A DNA stretch of 64,000 nt from contig CAZRYM010000005.1 in assembly GCA_964604305.1 (NCBI GenBank), forward strand, positions 7,217 to 71,216, in the 5' to 3' direction. The notes below the pieces were generated by a model that saw only the letters and a program-made list of their open reading frames with translations, made no database searches and was not told the origin of the DNA. Shown one piece after another: positions 48,533-58,963 of this stretch. A program made the translations under genes and the position numbers. Within the stretch, counting starts at the first letter, position 1, and each line of letters opens with the position of its first letter. The stretch comes from an uncultured Thermotogaceae bacterium (GTDB taxonomy: Bacteria > Thermotogota > Thermotogae > MWEM01).

Positions 48533-49861
48533 TTGAAGGTTTACATAGAAACATTGGGCTGCGCGAAAAACGAAGCGGACAGTCGAGTACTTTCCGGTCT
48601 TTTTTTAGAGAAAAAACACGTCATTACGGATAACCCGGAAATGGCTGACCTGGTTGTTGTTAATACTTGTGGGTTTATCTTGGATGCAGCGGAAGAATCC
48701 ATACAGAAGTTAATTGTGTATAGTAGTGAGTTAAAAAAGACAAATCCAAACGTGAAAGTGATGGCCATGGGCTGTCTCGTTCAAAGGTATAAGAACGAAA
48801 TAATTCTAGAAATACCGGAAGTTGATTATTGGATCGGTTTGGATACCTTGGAAAACACACTTTTATTTACAAATAATACTTCTGAAAGCGTTAGTATACC
48901 TGAAAAACCAATGCCTATCTTTTACCGAACACCTGAAATTTTCCCCAAAGAAGAAACCGCTTATTCCTACATAAAAATCGGAGACGGTTGCGATCGTGCC
49001 TGTGAATTTTGTTCAATTCCCACATTCAAAGGTGAGCATATAAGCAGGGATCCATTGGACATCAAAAAAGAATTCAACACACTGGTTCAAATGGGAAAGC
49101 GAGAACTGATTCTTGTTGATCAGGATATCACCCAATATCAACATGGCGAAACGGGGCTTTCAGAGTTAGTTCGCGAACTATCCATGATTGAAGGAGATTA
49201 TTGGATCCGCCTGATGTATATGCATCCCGACCACATCACAACTGAACTTTTTGAATCTTTAAAAGATCTCAAACACCTGATAAGGTATTTTGATATTCCG
49301 GTTCAACACGGTTCTGATTTGGTTTTAAAAAACATGGGAAGAATACGTACCGTTATAGAATTGAAAAATCAAATAAAGAAAATACGCGAAATTTTCCCTG
49401 AAGTAAGTCTACGGACTACCATTATGCTTGGATTTCCAGGTGAAGGGCAAAAGGAGTTTGATGAGTTAAAAGCATTTTTAGAAGAAATCCGTTTTGATAA
49501 AGTAGGATTCTTCATATTTTCCCCTGAAGAGGGAACGCCTATTTCAAAAAGGCATTATCAACTGGAAGATGAGGCTGTAATTCAGGAAAGACTTACGGAG
49601 ATTACAGACCTGCAAAGAGAGATATCAGCGGAGATTAACGAGGGTTTTATTGGCAAAGAGGTGCAGTTGATAGTAGATTCTTATGAAGAGGAAACACTTG
49701 TTTGTAGAAGTTATCGAGACGCTCCTGAAATTGATTCGGAGGTATTTGTTCATGATGGAGCAAATAGCACAGAGGGTCAACCTTCTGTTGGAGATTTTAT
49801 AGATGCGAAGATAACCGGCTTTGACGATTACGATTTGGAGGCTGAACGTTTATGCGATTGA
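48533..49861 (+). CDS. rimO: Ribosomal protein S12 methylthiotransferase RimO
   Basis: MTTase N-terminus (VYIETLGCAKNEADS), radical SAM cluster CDRACEFCSIP, and C-terminal TRAM domain. Confidence 0.9.
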   Translation: MKVYIETLGCAKNEADSRVLSGLFLEKKHVITDNPEMADLVVVNTCGFILDAAEESIQKLIVYSSELKKTNPNVKVMAMGCLVQRYKNEIILEIPEVDYWIGLDTLENTLLFTNNTSESVSIPEKPMPIFYRTPEIFPKEETAYSYIKIGDGCDRACEFCSIPTFKGEHISRDPLDIKKEFNTLVQMGKRELILVDQDITQYQHGETGLSELVRELSMIEGDYWIRLMYMHPDHITTELFESLKDLKHLIRYFDIPVQHGSDLVLKNMGRIRTVIELKNQIKKIREIFPEVSLRTTIMLGFPGEGQKEFDELKAFLEEIRFDKVGFFIFSPEEGTPISKRHYQLEDEAVIQERLTEITDLQREISAEINEGFIGKEVQLIVDSYEEETLVCRSYRDAPEIDSEVFVHDGANSTEGQPSVGDFIDAKITGFDDYDLEAERLCD

Positions 49862-50391
49862 ATATTCCCACAAGGATAACACTTATAAGAGTTTTGGCAA
49901 TTCCTTTCCTAATGTGGTTGGTTCTGTTATCAAAAGAAAATTCCTTTTTCGGAATCATTTCGCTGATAGTTTTTATTGGGGGATCATTTACTGATTGGCT
50001 TGACGGGTATCTAGCCCGTAGGAACAATCAGATTACCAATATCGGAAAATTTATGGATCAACTTGCGGATAAGGCGTTTATCTCCGGCACATTGTGTGCC
50101 TTGGTATGGAATCAACAGGTAAGCCTTTGGTTATTAGCCATCATTATTATAAGGGATACTGCTGTAAGTGGTATAAGAATGCTGGCTGCAACTGAAGGAG
50201 AGGTTATATCAGCTAATATTTTCGGAAAAAGTAAAACAGCCGTTCAGATGGTATATATAACAGCGGTCTTATTTTCGGTTGCTTTCAATTGGCCTAATCA
50301 AATAGTTTTAACAGTATTTGCATGGATAGTTGGTATCATAACGGTTATCTCCGGATTAACTTATTTCAAAGGATCAGAGAGATATTTATGA
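49852..50391 (+). CDS. pgsA: CDP-diacylglycerol--glycerol-3-phosphate 3-phosphatidyltransferase
   Basis: CDP-alcohol phosphatidyltransferase motif DWLDGYLAR...GKFMDQLADK. Confidence 0.85.
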   Translation: MRLNIPTRITLIRVLAIPFLMWLVLLSKENSFFGIISLIVFIGGSFTDWLDGYLARRNNQITNIGKFMDQLADKAFISGTLCALVWNQQVSLWLLAIIIIRDTAVSGIRMLAATEGEVISANIFGKSKTAVQMVYITAVLFSVAFNWPNQIVLTVFAWIVGIITVISGLTYFKGSERYL

Positions 50392-50927
50392 ACAGATGCT
50401 TTATTGCTTTAGAAATTGGAGAAAAGGCAAAAAAACAATGTGAAAATGTGATTTCCATCTTAAAAGAAAGTGGATTTTTAGCCAAGTGGGTAGAAAAAGA
50501 AAATTTGCATATAACCCTATTTTTTTTGGGTGAAATTACAGACGAAGAAATCAAAGAAGTCACAGCGTTGTTAGAAAAGCTTGACCATTTAAGTTTTCAA
50601 TTGTTTATTGACAAAGTTGGTTTTTTTCAAAAAAACGGTAAACCAACAACTATATGGCTTGGAATAGAAAAGAGTAAACCGATTCAGGAAGTGTATTCAA
50701 TCATGCGAAGTAAATTAGAGAACATATTTAACATTAAATTTAGGGAGAAATATTCTCCACATCTAACTTTGGGAAGGATAAAACAAACACCTGAAGATTG
50801 GATGCAAAAACTGAAAAAAATGACTGTAGAGACTGTTGAAATAGGAGAAATTGTATTCAGCTTAAAACGGTCCACCCTGACAAAAGAAGGACCAATTTAC
50901 GAAACACTGGCAACAAAGGTATTTTGA
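50388..50927 (+). CDS. thpR: RNA 2',3'-cyclic phosphodiesterase (LigT/ThpR, 2H family)
   Basis: Two H-x-T-x motifs (HITLFFLG and HLTLGRI). The start ATG overlaps the pgsA stop (ATGA). Confidence 0.8.
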   Translation: MNRCFIALEIGEKAKKQCENVISILKESGFLAKWVEKENLHITLFFLGEITDEEIKEVTALLEKLDHLSFQLFIDKVGFFQKNGKPTTIWLGIEKSKPIQEVYSIMRSKLENIFNIKFREKYSPHLTLGRIKQTPEDWMQKLKKMTVETVEIGEIVFSLKRSTLTKEGPIYETLATKVF

Positions 50928-50948
50928 ATTCAAAGGAGGTAACAGTGG

Positions 50949-52028
50949 ATGGCGAGACGCAAAAAAGAAGTTGACAATAACAAGAAAACAGCAATAGATA
51001 CCGCAATAAAAAAGATTGAAAAGGATTTTGGAAAGGGTAGTATTATGGTCATGGGTGCTGATCAAGTTGCCAATGTAGAGGTAATTCCAACAGGCTCTCT
51101 TGCGCTTGATTTAGCGTTGGGTGTTGGTGGCTATCCCAGGGGACGGATTATTGAGATTTACGGACCGGAATCGAGTGGTAAAACAACACTTACCCTTCAT
51201 GCTATCGCAGAGGCTCAAGCCAATGGCGGAATAGCTGCATTCGTTGATGCGGAACACGCCTTAGACCCTATTTATGCAAAGAACTTGGGTGTTGATCTTG
51301 ACAGTCTTTTAATTTCACAGCCCGGTAGCGGTGAAGAGGCTCTTGAGATTGTGGAGACTTTGGTAAGAAGCGGTGCAGTTGACTTAATAATAGTAGATTC
51401 AGTTGCAGCACTTGTACCCAGAGCTGAAATTGAAGGAAACATGGGAGATGCACAGATGGGACTCCAGGCGAGATTGATGTCTCAAGCCTTGAGGAAACTA
51501 TCCAGTGCCGTTAATAAATCAAAAACATGTGTGATTTTTACCAATCAGCTAAGAATGAAGATAGGGATTACTTTTGGAAACCCAGAAACCACCACCGGGG
51601 GGATGGCGTTAAAATTTTACTGTTCCCTACGTCTTGATATAAGACGAATAGGCTCTTTGAAAGAATCAGCTGAATTCGTGGGAAATGAGACCAGAGTGAA
51701 AGTAGTCAAAAACAAAGTTGCACCCCCCTTTAAAGAGGCCTATTTCGATATCATTTACGGAAAAGGTGTTGTCAGAGAAAATGAGCTTATCACTCTTGGT
51801 GATGCGGACGATTTTGTCCTGAAAAAGGGCTCCTGGTTCAGCTATTTAACTCCGGATGGTGAAGAAATCAGCATGGGTCAGGGGAAGAACAATGCAGTTG
51901 CATTTTTGAAGGAAGAAACAAAGATCAGATATGAGCTTGAAAACAGGATAAGAGAAAAACATGAAATACCGTTAATCGAACTTGAGGATTTGCAAGAGGA
52001 AAAAAGGGAAGATGAAAGAAAAAAATAA
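50949..52028 (+). CDS. recA: Recombinase RecA
   Basis: [26 protein letters not shown], loop L2 and others. Confidence 0.95.
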   Translation: MARRKKEVDNNKKTAIDTAIKKIEKDFGKGSIMVMGADQVANVEVIPTGSLALDLALGVGGYPRGRIIEIYGPESSGKTTLTLHAIAEAQANGGIAAFVDAEHALDPIYAKNLGVDLDSLLISQPGSGEEALEIVETLVRSGAVDLIIVDSVAALVPRAEIEGNMGDAQMGLQARLMSQALRKLSSAVNKSKTCVIFTNQLRMKIGITFGNPETTTGGMALKFYCSLRLDIRRIGSLKESAEFVGNETRVKVVKNKVAPPFKEAYFDIIYGKGVVRENELITLGDADDFVLKKGSWFSYLTPDGEEISMGQGKNNAVAFLKEETKIRYELENRIREKHEIPLIELEDLQEEKREDERKK

Positions 52029-52464
52029 GAAAGATATTCACAGATATTGTTCTCTTTTATTTAAATACAGGCCAAGAACGGAAGAGGAAATAAGAAGACG
52101 CTGTATCGAAAAGGGATTTGACGAGGAAACGGTTGAGAATACAATCGATGAATTATACGAATTAAAAATGTTGGATGATTTGAGATTTTCTAAGATGTTT
52201 ATTGAAGATGGCCTTAAACTTAAAACTAAGGGTCTGTACAGATTGGAGATGGAACTGGCTGATCTGGGTGTAGCAAAAGAAATAATCAGACAGTCGATTG
52301 AAGAAGTGAATGAAGAGGATATTTTAGACGTATTAAAAATGGATTTTACAAGGAATTGTAAAAACAACCCTGAAAAATGGTTACAAAGAATGTATAGGAG
52401 AGGGTTTAAAACAAAAAGAATTATTGAAGTCATTAATTCTTTTAAGGACAATAATTTTGATTGA
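52012..52464 (+). CDS. recX: Regulatory protein RecX
   Basis: Three-helix repeats typical of RecX ([28 protein letters not shown]...). It overlaps the recA 3' end. Confidence 0.8.
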   Translation: MKEKNKKDIHRYCSLLFKYRPRTEEEIRRRCIEKGFDEETVENTIDELYELKMLDDLRFSKMFIEDGLKLKTKGLYRLEMELADLGVAKEIIRQSIEEVNEEDILDVLKMDFTRNCKNNPEKWLQRMYRRGFKTKRIIEVINSFKDNNFD

Positions 52465-52482
52465 TATAAACGGAGGTAGATT

Positions 52483-54054
52483 ATGGGATTAGAAATAGTG
52501 TTATGGATTGTTTTTATTGTTGCGGCTGGTATTTCCGCGTTTTTTGCAGGAGTTCTATATACAAAAAAATATCTGGAAACGAAGATAAAACAAGAAATAA
52601 TAAATGACATTCAAAGGGCAGAAAAATCATATGATGAGATTATTGCAAAGGCAAAGGTTGAATCCAATTCAATTATAAGGCAAGCAAAACTGGATGGAAA
52701 AGAAGAAGCTCACAAGATAATAGAAGCTGCTGAAAGAGAAGCAAAAAAATCCAGGGACGAAATCAAGCGTGCAGAAATTAGACTGGAAAAGAGAGAAGCA
52801 TCATTTGATAAACGTGAAGAGCAATTTATCGTCAAAGAAGAGAAGTTGGAAGAAAAACAATTGGAAATCAGTGAAAATGAAGAAAGACTTAATAAACTCA
52901 TTAGCGAAGAAGAGGAAAAGCTGTATAAGATATCCCAGTTAACACCAGAAGAAGCAAAAGAGATTATCTTTAACGAGACAAAAAGACAGTACGAACATGA
53001 TTTGGCACAAATGTTTAAAGTGATAAAGGATGAAAAAGAGGAAGAAGCTGAAAGACATTCCCAATGGGTAGTCACAACGGCAATTCAAAGGTATGCAGCT
53101 GATTATGTGAATGAAGGAACGGTAAGTACTGTTCCCCTTCCTACAGATGATATGAAAGGCAGAATAATCGGAAGGGAAGGTAGAAATATCAGGGCTTTTG
53201 AGAAGATAACAGGTGCCGATTTGATCATTGATGATACTCCTGAAATAGTTGTAGTTTCCTGCTTTAATCCCTTAAGAAGGGAAGTTGCCAGATTAACTCT
53301 TGAAAAGCTTGTAGTGGATGGTAGGATACACCCGGCAAATATCGAAGAGATGTACATCAAATCAAAGAAAGAGGTTAACAAGCTCGTCAAAGAAGAAGGA
53401 GAACGTGCTACTTTTGAGACAGGTGTAAGAGGGCTGAACAACGAACTCATAAAACTGATTGGAAGACTAAAGTTTAGAACGAGCTTTGGACAAAATGTTC
53501 TGGAGCATTCAATTGAAGTTGCCAAATTTGCCGGTATGATGGCAGAAGAGTTGGGACTTAACATCGACAGAGCAAAAAGAGGAGCATTGTTACACGATAT
53601 TGGAAAAGGTGTGGATCATGAAGTCGAAGGCTCTCATGCACTCATCGGAGCAGAATTGGCAAAACGATACGGAGAGAAAGATGACATTATCAACATGATC
53701 CAGTTTCATCATGGTGAAACGGAACCGGAATCGCCAGAGGCCTGTCTTGTTGCTGCTGCTGATGCAATATCAGCTGCAAGACCCGGTGCAAGGCGCGAGA
53801 CTGTTGATTTGTACATTAAAAGACTTCAAAAGTTAGAAGAAATCGCCAAAAATCATAAAACTGTCGAGAAGGCATATGCAATTCAGGCGGGAAGAGAGCT
53901 CAGGATACTGGTTCAACCGGATAAAATCGATGATATTATGGCTGATAAACTGGCATTTGAAATCGCCAAAGAAGTTGAGGAAGGTGTGGAATATCCCGGC
54001 CAGTTGAAAGTAACGGTAATAAGGGAAAAGAGATCGGTTGCATACGCAAAATAA
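52483..54054 (+). CDS. rny: Ribonuclease Y
   Basis: N-terminal TM, coiled coil, KH domain ([16 protein letters not shown]) and HD domain (LLHDIGK). Confidence 0.9.
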   Translation: MGLEIVLWIVFIVAAGISAFFAGVLYTKKYLETKIKQEIINDIQRAEKSYDEIIAKAKVESNSIIRQAKLDGKEEAHKIIEAAEREAKKSRDEIKRAEIRLEKREASFDKREEQFIVKEEKLEEKQLEISENEERLNKLISEEEEKLYKISQLTPEEAKEIIFNETKRQYEHDLAQMFKVIKDEKEEEAERHSQWVVTTAIQRYAADYVNEGTVSTVPLPTDDMKGRIIGREGRNIRAFEKITGADLIIDDTPEIVVVSCFNPLRREVARLTLEKLVVDGRIHPANIEEMYIKSKKEVNKLVKEEGERATFETGVRGLNNELIKLIGRLKFRTSFGQNVLEHSIEVAKFAGMMAEELGLNIDRAKRGALLHDIGKGVDHEVEGSHALIGAELAKRYGEKDDIINMIQFHHGETEPESPEACLVAAADAISAARPGARRETVDLYIKRLQKLEEIAKNHKTVEKAYAIQAGRELRILVQPDKIDDIMADKLAFEIAKEVEEGVEYPGQLKVTVIREKRSVAYAK

Positions 54055-54128
54055 AGAACGGTTTGGTGTATGCATAGGAGAAAACTAAGCATAGTCAATA
54101 TATCAACAAATTAGTTTACATAACTTAG

Positions 54129-54157
54129 AGGGCGGATCTTTTTCGCCCTTCTTTTTT
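54129..54157 (+). terminator. Rho-independent terminator after rny
   Basis: AGGGCG gatcttttt CGCCCT followed by TCTTTTTT. Confidence 0.7.
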
Positions 54158-54171
54158 AAGGGAGTGATAAC

Positions 54172-55305
54172 ATGAAGAAGCTTGTTAAGTTTTACTTTGT
54201 CTGTGTATTGGTTGCTATCAGTTCAGTTGTATTTGGGGTAACTGAAGTTTGGGTTTCATGGGAAGGTGAAAGTCTTTTCAGGACTTTGGCAGAGGAGTGG
54301 GAAACTGAAACTGGAAAAAAAGTAAAGTTGGTCTACATCCCCGAGCTGGAAGAAAAATTGACAATTACCTTAAAAGCAGGAGGGGAACTGCCTGATATCT
54401 GTTTGATAAAAAACGACAACCTTCCAATGATCGTTAAGTATATTAAGCCTGTAAAAACGAGTGAATTAAACGGGTTGGACTATCATTTTGATGAACATTT
54501 ATCAAATGCTTTTCTTTATAATTCCCAGAGCTATGTTATCCCGTTTTATGCAGATATGCAACTTATGTATCTTTCAACAAAGGTGTTTGAAGAAATAGGG
54601 TTAGAATATCCTGATACTAACTGGCATTTTGAAGAATTTTTACAGATCATGAAAACGATTAAAGAAAATAAAGTTCAACCAAGCGGTTGGGGCATTAATT
54701 CCGCGTATCTTTTCACTGGTCTTCAGGAGGGCTTAGGAAGTCCTGTCATTAATGAAAATGGAGATATTGATCTCCTTACTCGGGAAAATATAAAGCTTTT
54801 AAAAAGTTTCAAAGAATGGTATGATTCCGGCTTACTTTTTGACTATGTTAACAGACCTAACATTGTAAAAGCTTTTTCAAAGGGGCAATTGGCAATGTTT
54901 CCACAAGGCAGTTTTTTGATTCAGAAATTTCTGTCATCAGATGTTAAATTTATCATCAGGCCATTACCTCATCCCTGGAAATCTGTTATTGATCCAAAAG
55001 GATTTGTTTGTTTTAATAATGAAGAGAGTACCATCTCACTGTTAAAAAAGTTTATGGACGCAAATGAAATTTTTGCTAAAAGGTTTATTAAATACCCCGC
55101 TGTTTATCCCCAGTGTCCTGAAGAAATTCCCTATTATTTTCAAATGTTAAAAACGATTCAGAATGGGATGATACAACCTGTGAATGATCAGTATATTTTC
55201 GGTTATTGGCCGGCAATGAGTACAAGCCTTGATTTAATTCTGAAAGAAGGGATTGACATACAGGAAACTCTTGAAAGAGCACAATCATATATCGATCAAA
55301 GATGA
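54172..55305 (+). CDS. ABC transporter extracellular solute-binding protein (family 1, carbohydrate-type)
   Basis: N-terminal signal/TM anchor and an SBP_bac_1-like length and composition. It is directly upstream of the permease gene. Confidence 0.7.
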   Translation: MKKLVKFYFVCVLVAISSVVFGVTEVWVSWEGESLFRTLAEEWETETGKKVKLVYIPELEEKLTITLKAGGELPDICLIKNDNLPMIVKYIKPVKTSELNGLDYHFDEHLSNAFLYNSQSYVIPFYADMQLMYLSTKVFEEIGLEYPDTNWHFEEFLQIMKTIKENKVQPSGWGINSAYLFTGLQEGLGSPVINENGDIDLLTRENIKLLKSFKEWYDSGLLFDYVNRPNIVKAFSKGQLAMFPQGSFLIQKFLSSDVKFIIRPLPHPWKSVIDPKGFVCFNNEESTISLLKKFMDANEIFAKRFIKYPAVYPQCPEEIPYYFQMLKTIQNGMIQPVNDQYIFGYWPAMSTSLDLILKEGIDIQETLERAQSYIDQR

Positions 55306-57167
55306 TATTTGCGCTTCCTCTTATCACTTTAATCATTGCATTTTCTATAATACCATTTTTCCTAAGTCTATTTGCCCTCAATGAGTTTTCTTTACAACAG
55401 TTGATCAATGTCATAAGGGATTCTTCCATGAGAATCAGCATGATGGTATCACTTTTGTATGCTTTAGTAACCATAACCCTTTCACTTGGTATTGGAATGC
55501 GCTTTGCATTTAGAATTTTCCGCATGCCTGAAAGGAATCAGAATCTTTTTTTGTTTCTTTTGTTTTTTACCTGGATGATTCCTGGTTTCATCTCAATACC
55601 TATTTACAGAAGTGTTTTGTATTGGTTTACAGAATCCCTTGTTCAAAATCGTGTTTACGCTTTTTCAGTTACAGCTCTTGTTAAAATTTGGATTAATATC
55701 CCCATTACAACCTTAATTTCGTTCGCTTCAATTAAAAACATCCCTTATAATCAAATCGAAATGATGCGAATTGAAGGTGCAAATAAAGAACAGTACTACG
55801 ATTATTTATTGAACCCTCTCACAAGATCAACATTGTTAAGTTTTTCTGTCATTCTCTTGATTAACAGCTTCAGAGATCTTTCAGTACCTTTGATGCTTAC
55901 AAACGGAAGGCCATTTTTAATAGAAGGATTTACACCCTATGGTATAGCAGGGGCCACAACCACTCTTGGGTTGTTTCTCAAAGATTCTATGCTAAGAGTC
56001 AGTAGCGATTTTATTTCTTATTCTCAATCTTTGTTTGTGACTTTGTTTATTCTCTTGTTGTTTGTCAGTATCAGAAAGGTCAGAGACAAAAACCTTTTCT
56101 ATTTTTTATTGGCACCTTTGATAGACCTTTTTCTTTTTTTTAATGTCCCTGTTTTTTTTGGGACTTTGGTTTTTTTTCTTCTTTTTTTTATTATGAAACT
56201 TAAAAAGCGTCCTTTTACGATGACTATGTTAATCTTGCCGCTAATCTTTCATGCTCTGATCATGTTGGAATTGACTCCAGGGTTACTTTTTTTTGCACTT
56301 TTATTATTTTTTAAACCGAAAGAGCTCTTTGACAATCGTTTTTTGAAATTAATTTGGAATAAGCTATGTGATCTGTCGATGTTTTTTTGGATCATTTTGA
56401 CATTTTTGATCTTTTTCAACTTTCTGAAGCTTGCATTTTCAAACCCTCTCTACATACCTGATTGGAATGAATTTAAACAGTTCACATTTACCAATTTTGG
56501 GGCGGTTTTTTCTGACCGTTTTCCGCTGAATTTACTCAACAGTACAATAATTGGTTTGTCATCCGCTCTGCTGACATTGATCATTGTATTCCCGGCGGCA
56601 TATAAGGCGAGTCTTAAAAAGGGAGTTTTCAAAAAGCTGAATTTCTTAATCGTATTATCCATGGTGATGACCGGTATGAACACAATTGTTCCGCTATTTC
56701 TTATTTTTAAATTAAGCGGGCTTTTAAACAGTCTTTTCGGAGTTATCTTAATTGTCGTGAATCATGCTATTCCCATTGCCTTTTTGATAGCATATGAAGA
56801 TATGCAAAAAATACCACCTGCTTACATCGAGAACGCCAAAATTGAAGGTGCTACGCCTTTCAAAACCTTCCATAAGGTTATCTTTCCACAAATATTACCG
56901 GTTACATTAATCGTATTTGCAAAAGTCATGATAGATGGTTGGTCCAGTTTTACTGCTCCTTTGATTTTTATTACGGATCAAGATAAATACCCTGTTTCTT
57001 TAAGACTTTATGCCTATGCCGGGAAGGATGCCTTAATGTATCCTGATTGGGGGAAATTTGCAGCGGGAAGCCTTATCTCTTTAGTTATTTTATTCTTAAT
57101 CATTTTCCCTTTTAGGAGAATCCTTTTTAAAGGAGTGTATCGTTCCTGGTCTGAAGAACAAATATAA
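55302..57167 (+). CDS. Fused two-domain ABC transporter permease (MalF-like + MalG-like in one polypeptide)
   Basis: 621 aa with about 12 TM segments and two separate EAA loops (EMMRIEGANKEQYYDYLLNPL and IENAKIEGATPFKTFHKVIFPQILP). No ATPase gene is adjacent. Confidence 0.7.
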   Translation: MIFALPLITLIIAFSIIPFFLSLFALNEFSLQQLINVIRDSSMRISMMVSLLYALVTITLSLGIGMRFAFRIFRMPERNQNLFLFLLFFTWMIPGFISIPIYRSVLYWFTESLVQNRVYAFSVTALVKIWINIPITTLISFASIKNIPYNQIEMMRIEGANKEQYYDYLLNPLTRSTLLSFSVILLINSFRDLSVPLMLTNGRPFLIEGFTPYGIAGATTTLGLFLKDSMLRVSSDFISYSQSLFVTLFILLLFVSIRKVRDKNLFYFLLAPLIDLFLFFNVPVFFGTLVFFLLFFIMKLKKRPFTMTMLILPLIFHALIMLELTPGLLFFALLLFFKPKELFDNRFLKLIWNKLCDLSMFFWIILTFLIFFNFLKLAFSNPLYIPDWNEFKQFTFTNFGAVFSDRFPLNLLNSTIIGLSSALLTLIIVFPAAYKASLKKGVFKKLNFLIVLSMVMTGMNTIVPLFLIFKLSGLLNSLFGVILIVVNHAIPIAFLIAYEDMQKIPPAYIENAKIEGATPFKTFHKVIFPQILPVTLIVFAKVMIDGWSSFTAPLIFITDQDKYPVSLRLYAYAGKDALMYPDWGKFAAGSLISLVILFLIIFPFRRILFKGVYRSWSEEQI

Positions 57168-57197
57168 AAAAAGCCGGTTATCGTAACCGGCTTTTTA
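57168..57197. terminator. Bidirectional terminator (A-run, GCCGGTTA/TAACCGGC stem, T-run) between permease gene and tRNA-Ser
   Basis: AAAAAAA GCCGGTTA tcg TAACCGGC TTTTT. Confidence 0.75.
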
Positions 57198-57286
57198 TGG
57201 CGGAGAGAGTGGGATTTGAACCCACGTAAGGGAAACCCTTAACACGCGCTCCAGGCGTGCGCCTTCGACCGCTCGGCCATCTCTCC
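57198..57286 (-). tRNA. tRNA-Ser (anticodon GGA), class II with long variable arm, encoded CCA
   Basis: Reverse complement: GGAGAGATGGCCGAGCGGTCGAAGGCGCACGCCTGGAGCGCGTGTTAAGGGTTTCCCTTACGTGGGTTCAAATCCCACTCTCTCCGCCA. It has a 7-bp acceptor stem, anticodon loop CTGGAGC, T-loop GGTTCAAATCC, and a 3' CCA. Confidence 0.85.
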
Positions 57287-57296
57287 AACAGATGCG

Positions 57297-57325
57297 ATTA
57301 TATCACACTAACATTTTATGGTCAA
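57297..57325 (-). promoter_or_regulatory. Near-consensus promoter for tRNA-Ser (TTGACC-N17-TATAAT, +1 about 7 nt downstream)
   Basis: Minus-strand sequence TTGACCataaaatgttagtgtgaTATAATcgcatct followed by the tRNA 5' G. Confidence 0.5.
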
Positions 57326-57368
57326 GAAAGAATTAATAAAGTTAATTGAAAGCTCCAATAATATGATA

Positions 57369-58421
57369 TTACTTTTCCTTCGTTTGAATTATCAAGGTTG
57401 AAATTTCTTCCAGATATTCCTTTTCTTGAGAACCAATTACATTAATTTCAATATTTTCAATGATCTTTTGGCACATGTTATAATTTTCAGGGATTTTACC
57501 AAGAATAGACTCTGAATTCGATGTATTGACTATATTGTCATGAATAATTATGACAATGACAAATGGAGAAGATTGTTGTTGTCGATCTGTCATTGTAAGG
57601 AACATGGCGCGGGCATCTGTGAATTCGATCATTTCTGTTTTTTGTATAGCATAGTTTTCTAAAAGAGGTTTTAAAAGCTCTTCAAAATCGCTTAGTATGG
57701 TAACATCTTTAAGGGTGTTGTCCTGAGTATCATCTGATGAGTTCAGATTGTCAGCAGATTCTTCAGGTATATCCTGATACCAACTGATCTGATTCGTAAA
57801 ATCGTCTTTATTACCCTGATTGAGATTATCATACAACATAACAGTCAGTTTTGATTCTGTTTCCTTTTCCAATCTGATAAATTGCATGCTTTCCTGTAAA
57901 AGGATAACTCTGTAAGTCCAATTTTCCTGATATAGAAGGATATAAAAAGCTGGTATCCCCGAGTATTGTATCTCTGTTAATTTGATGTCTTTTATTTCCT
58001 TTTGAATATCTTCTAAAAAGACATCTTCTAAATCCTTCATCTTATCTTCCATCATAATCTTTTTACCATCCATGATGATGTACCCATTATCATGGACTCT
58101 ATACCAAGTCACTCTATATGGCATTTTAAGAGATACTAACTTATCGTGGCCTTTTCTCATAATAAATTCATAGCGATATCTTGCGGATTCACCGGTTTCC
58201 ATCATAATCCTGGTTCCGTTGACACAACTATTTGAATAAGATTCCAGTATATTGTTAATGAACTCCTCTATGTCAAAAGAAGTATCAATCTGCTGTGAAA
58301 GATCGTTACTTGACGATTTCATATCAATATTTTCTGAATACAAAAAGGTACAATAAAAAACAAAGAAAAGAAGTATGATTATTACTCTTTTTTTCTTCCC
58401 AAGAGGCATTAAACCACCCAT
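57369..58421 (-). CDS. Hypothetical membrane-anchored/secreted protein, third gene of ECF sigma operon
   Basis: 350 aa with an N-terminal hydrophobic anchor (VIIILLFFVFYCTFLY). No recognised motif. It lies 45 bp downstream of the anti-sigma gene. Confidence 0.5.
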   Translation of the reverse strand: MGGLMPLGKKKRVIIILLFFVFYCTFLYSENIDMKSSSNDLSQQIDTSFDIEEFINNILESYSNSCVNGTRIMMETGESARYRYEFIMRKGHDKLVSLKMPYRVTWYRVHDNGYIIMDGKKIMMEDKMKDLEDVFLEDIQKEIKDIKLTEIQYSGIPAFYILLYQENWTYRVILLQESMQFIRLEKETESKLTVMLYDNLNQGNKDDFTNQISWYQDIPEESADNLNSSDDTQDNTLKDVTILSDFEELLKPLLENYAIQKTEMIEFTDARAMFLTMTDRQQQSSPFVIVIIIHDNIVNTSNSESILGKIPENYNMCQKIIENIEINVIGSQEKEYLEEISTLIIQTKEK

Positions 58422-58466
58422 AAGATAATATAATATTGTTCTAAAGCATAAAACTTTAATTGATAA

Positions 58467-58940
58467 TTATTCTTTTTCTCCGTCGTTTATGAGGTTAAAA
58501 ATTCTTTCTGTTCGGGATTTGACATCTCCCGATGCATTTTTCACGCCAAGGTTCGTGTTACTTTCGGAGTTTTGCGCAGAATTAAGCATTTCTACACTTT
58601 TATTGACAATGGTTTCGTAACGCTGATTCACCCTGTTGAAATCCATGAAAGTCTTCGAACCGAAAAATCCTATCGTCAATATTGCAAATCCCGCTGCAAT
58701 CTGGTAAGGTATGCTCTTTCTTCTTTTGACTCTTTTCAAAAACATCTTCTTTCCCTTTTCACTTGAACTGTAGGATGCCCTGATTTTTTGGAAATTAAGA
58801 ACTTCTTTGTAGGAAAGAAAAATGGAACGACAAGATTCACATTCCTTCATATGTTCCCTGAATTCCCTTATCTCTTTCGAGTTCATTTCGTTGTCTAAAT
58901 ATCTATCCATATAATCATCTCTGAACTCATTGCAGTTCAT
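58467..58940 (-). CDS. Anti-sigma factor (zf-HC2-type zinc finger + single TM)
   Basis: N-terminal C...H...C..C pattern (MNCNEF...HMKECESCR) and a TM helix (IAAGFAILTIGFFG). Confidence 0.65.
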   Translation of the reverse strand: MNCNEFRDDYMDRYLDNEMNSKEIREFREHMKECESCRSIFLSYKEVLNFQKIRASYSSSEKGKKMFLKRVKRRKSIPYQIAAGFAILTIGFFGSKTFMDFNRVNQRYETIVNKSVEMLNSAQNSESNTNLGVKNASGDVKSRTERIFNLINDGEKE

Positions 58941-58963
58941 TAAAATACCTCCTTATAGCTAAT

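Noticed and set aside
52038-52610. 190-aa minus-strand ORF antisense to recX and the rny 5' end
   Set aside because: Its S/I/L-rich low-complexity translation lies antisense to well-supported genes. It is an artefact of AT-rich K/E-codon-rich sense strands.
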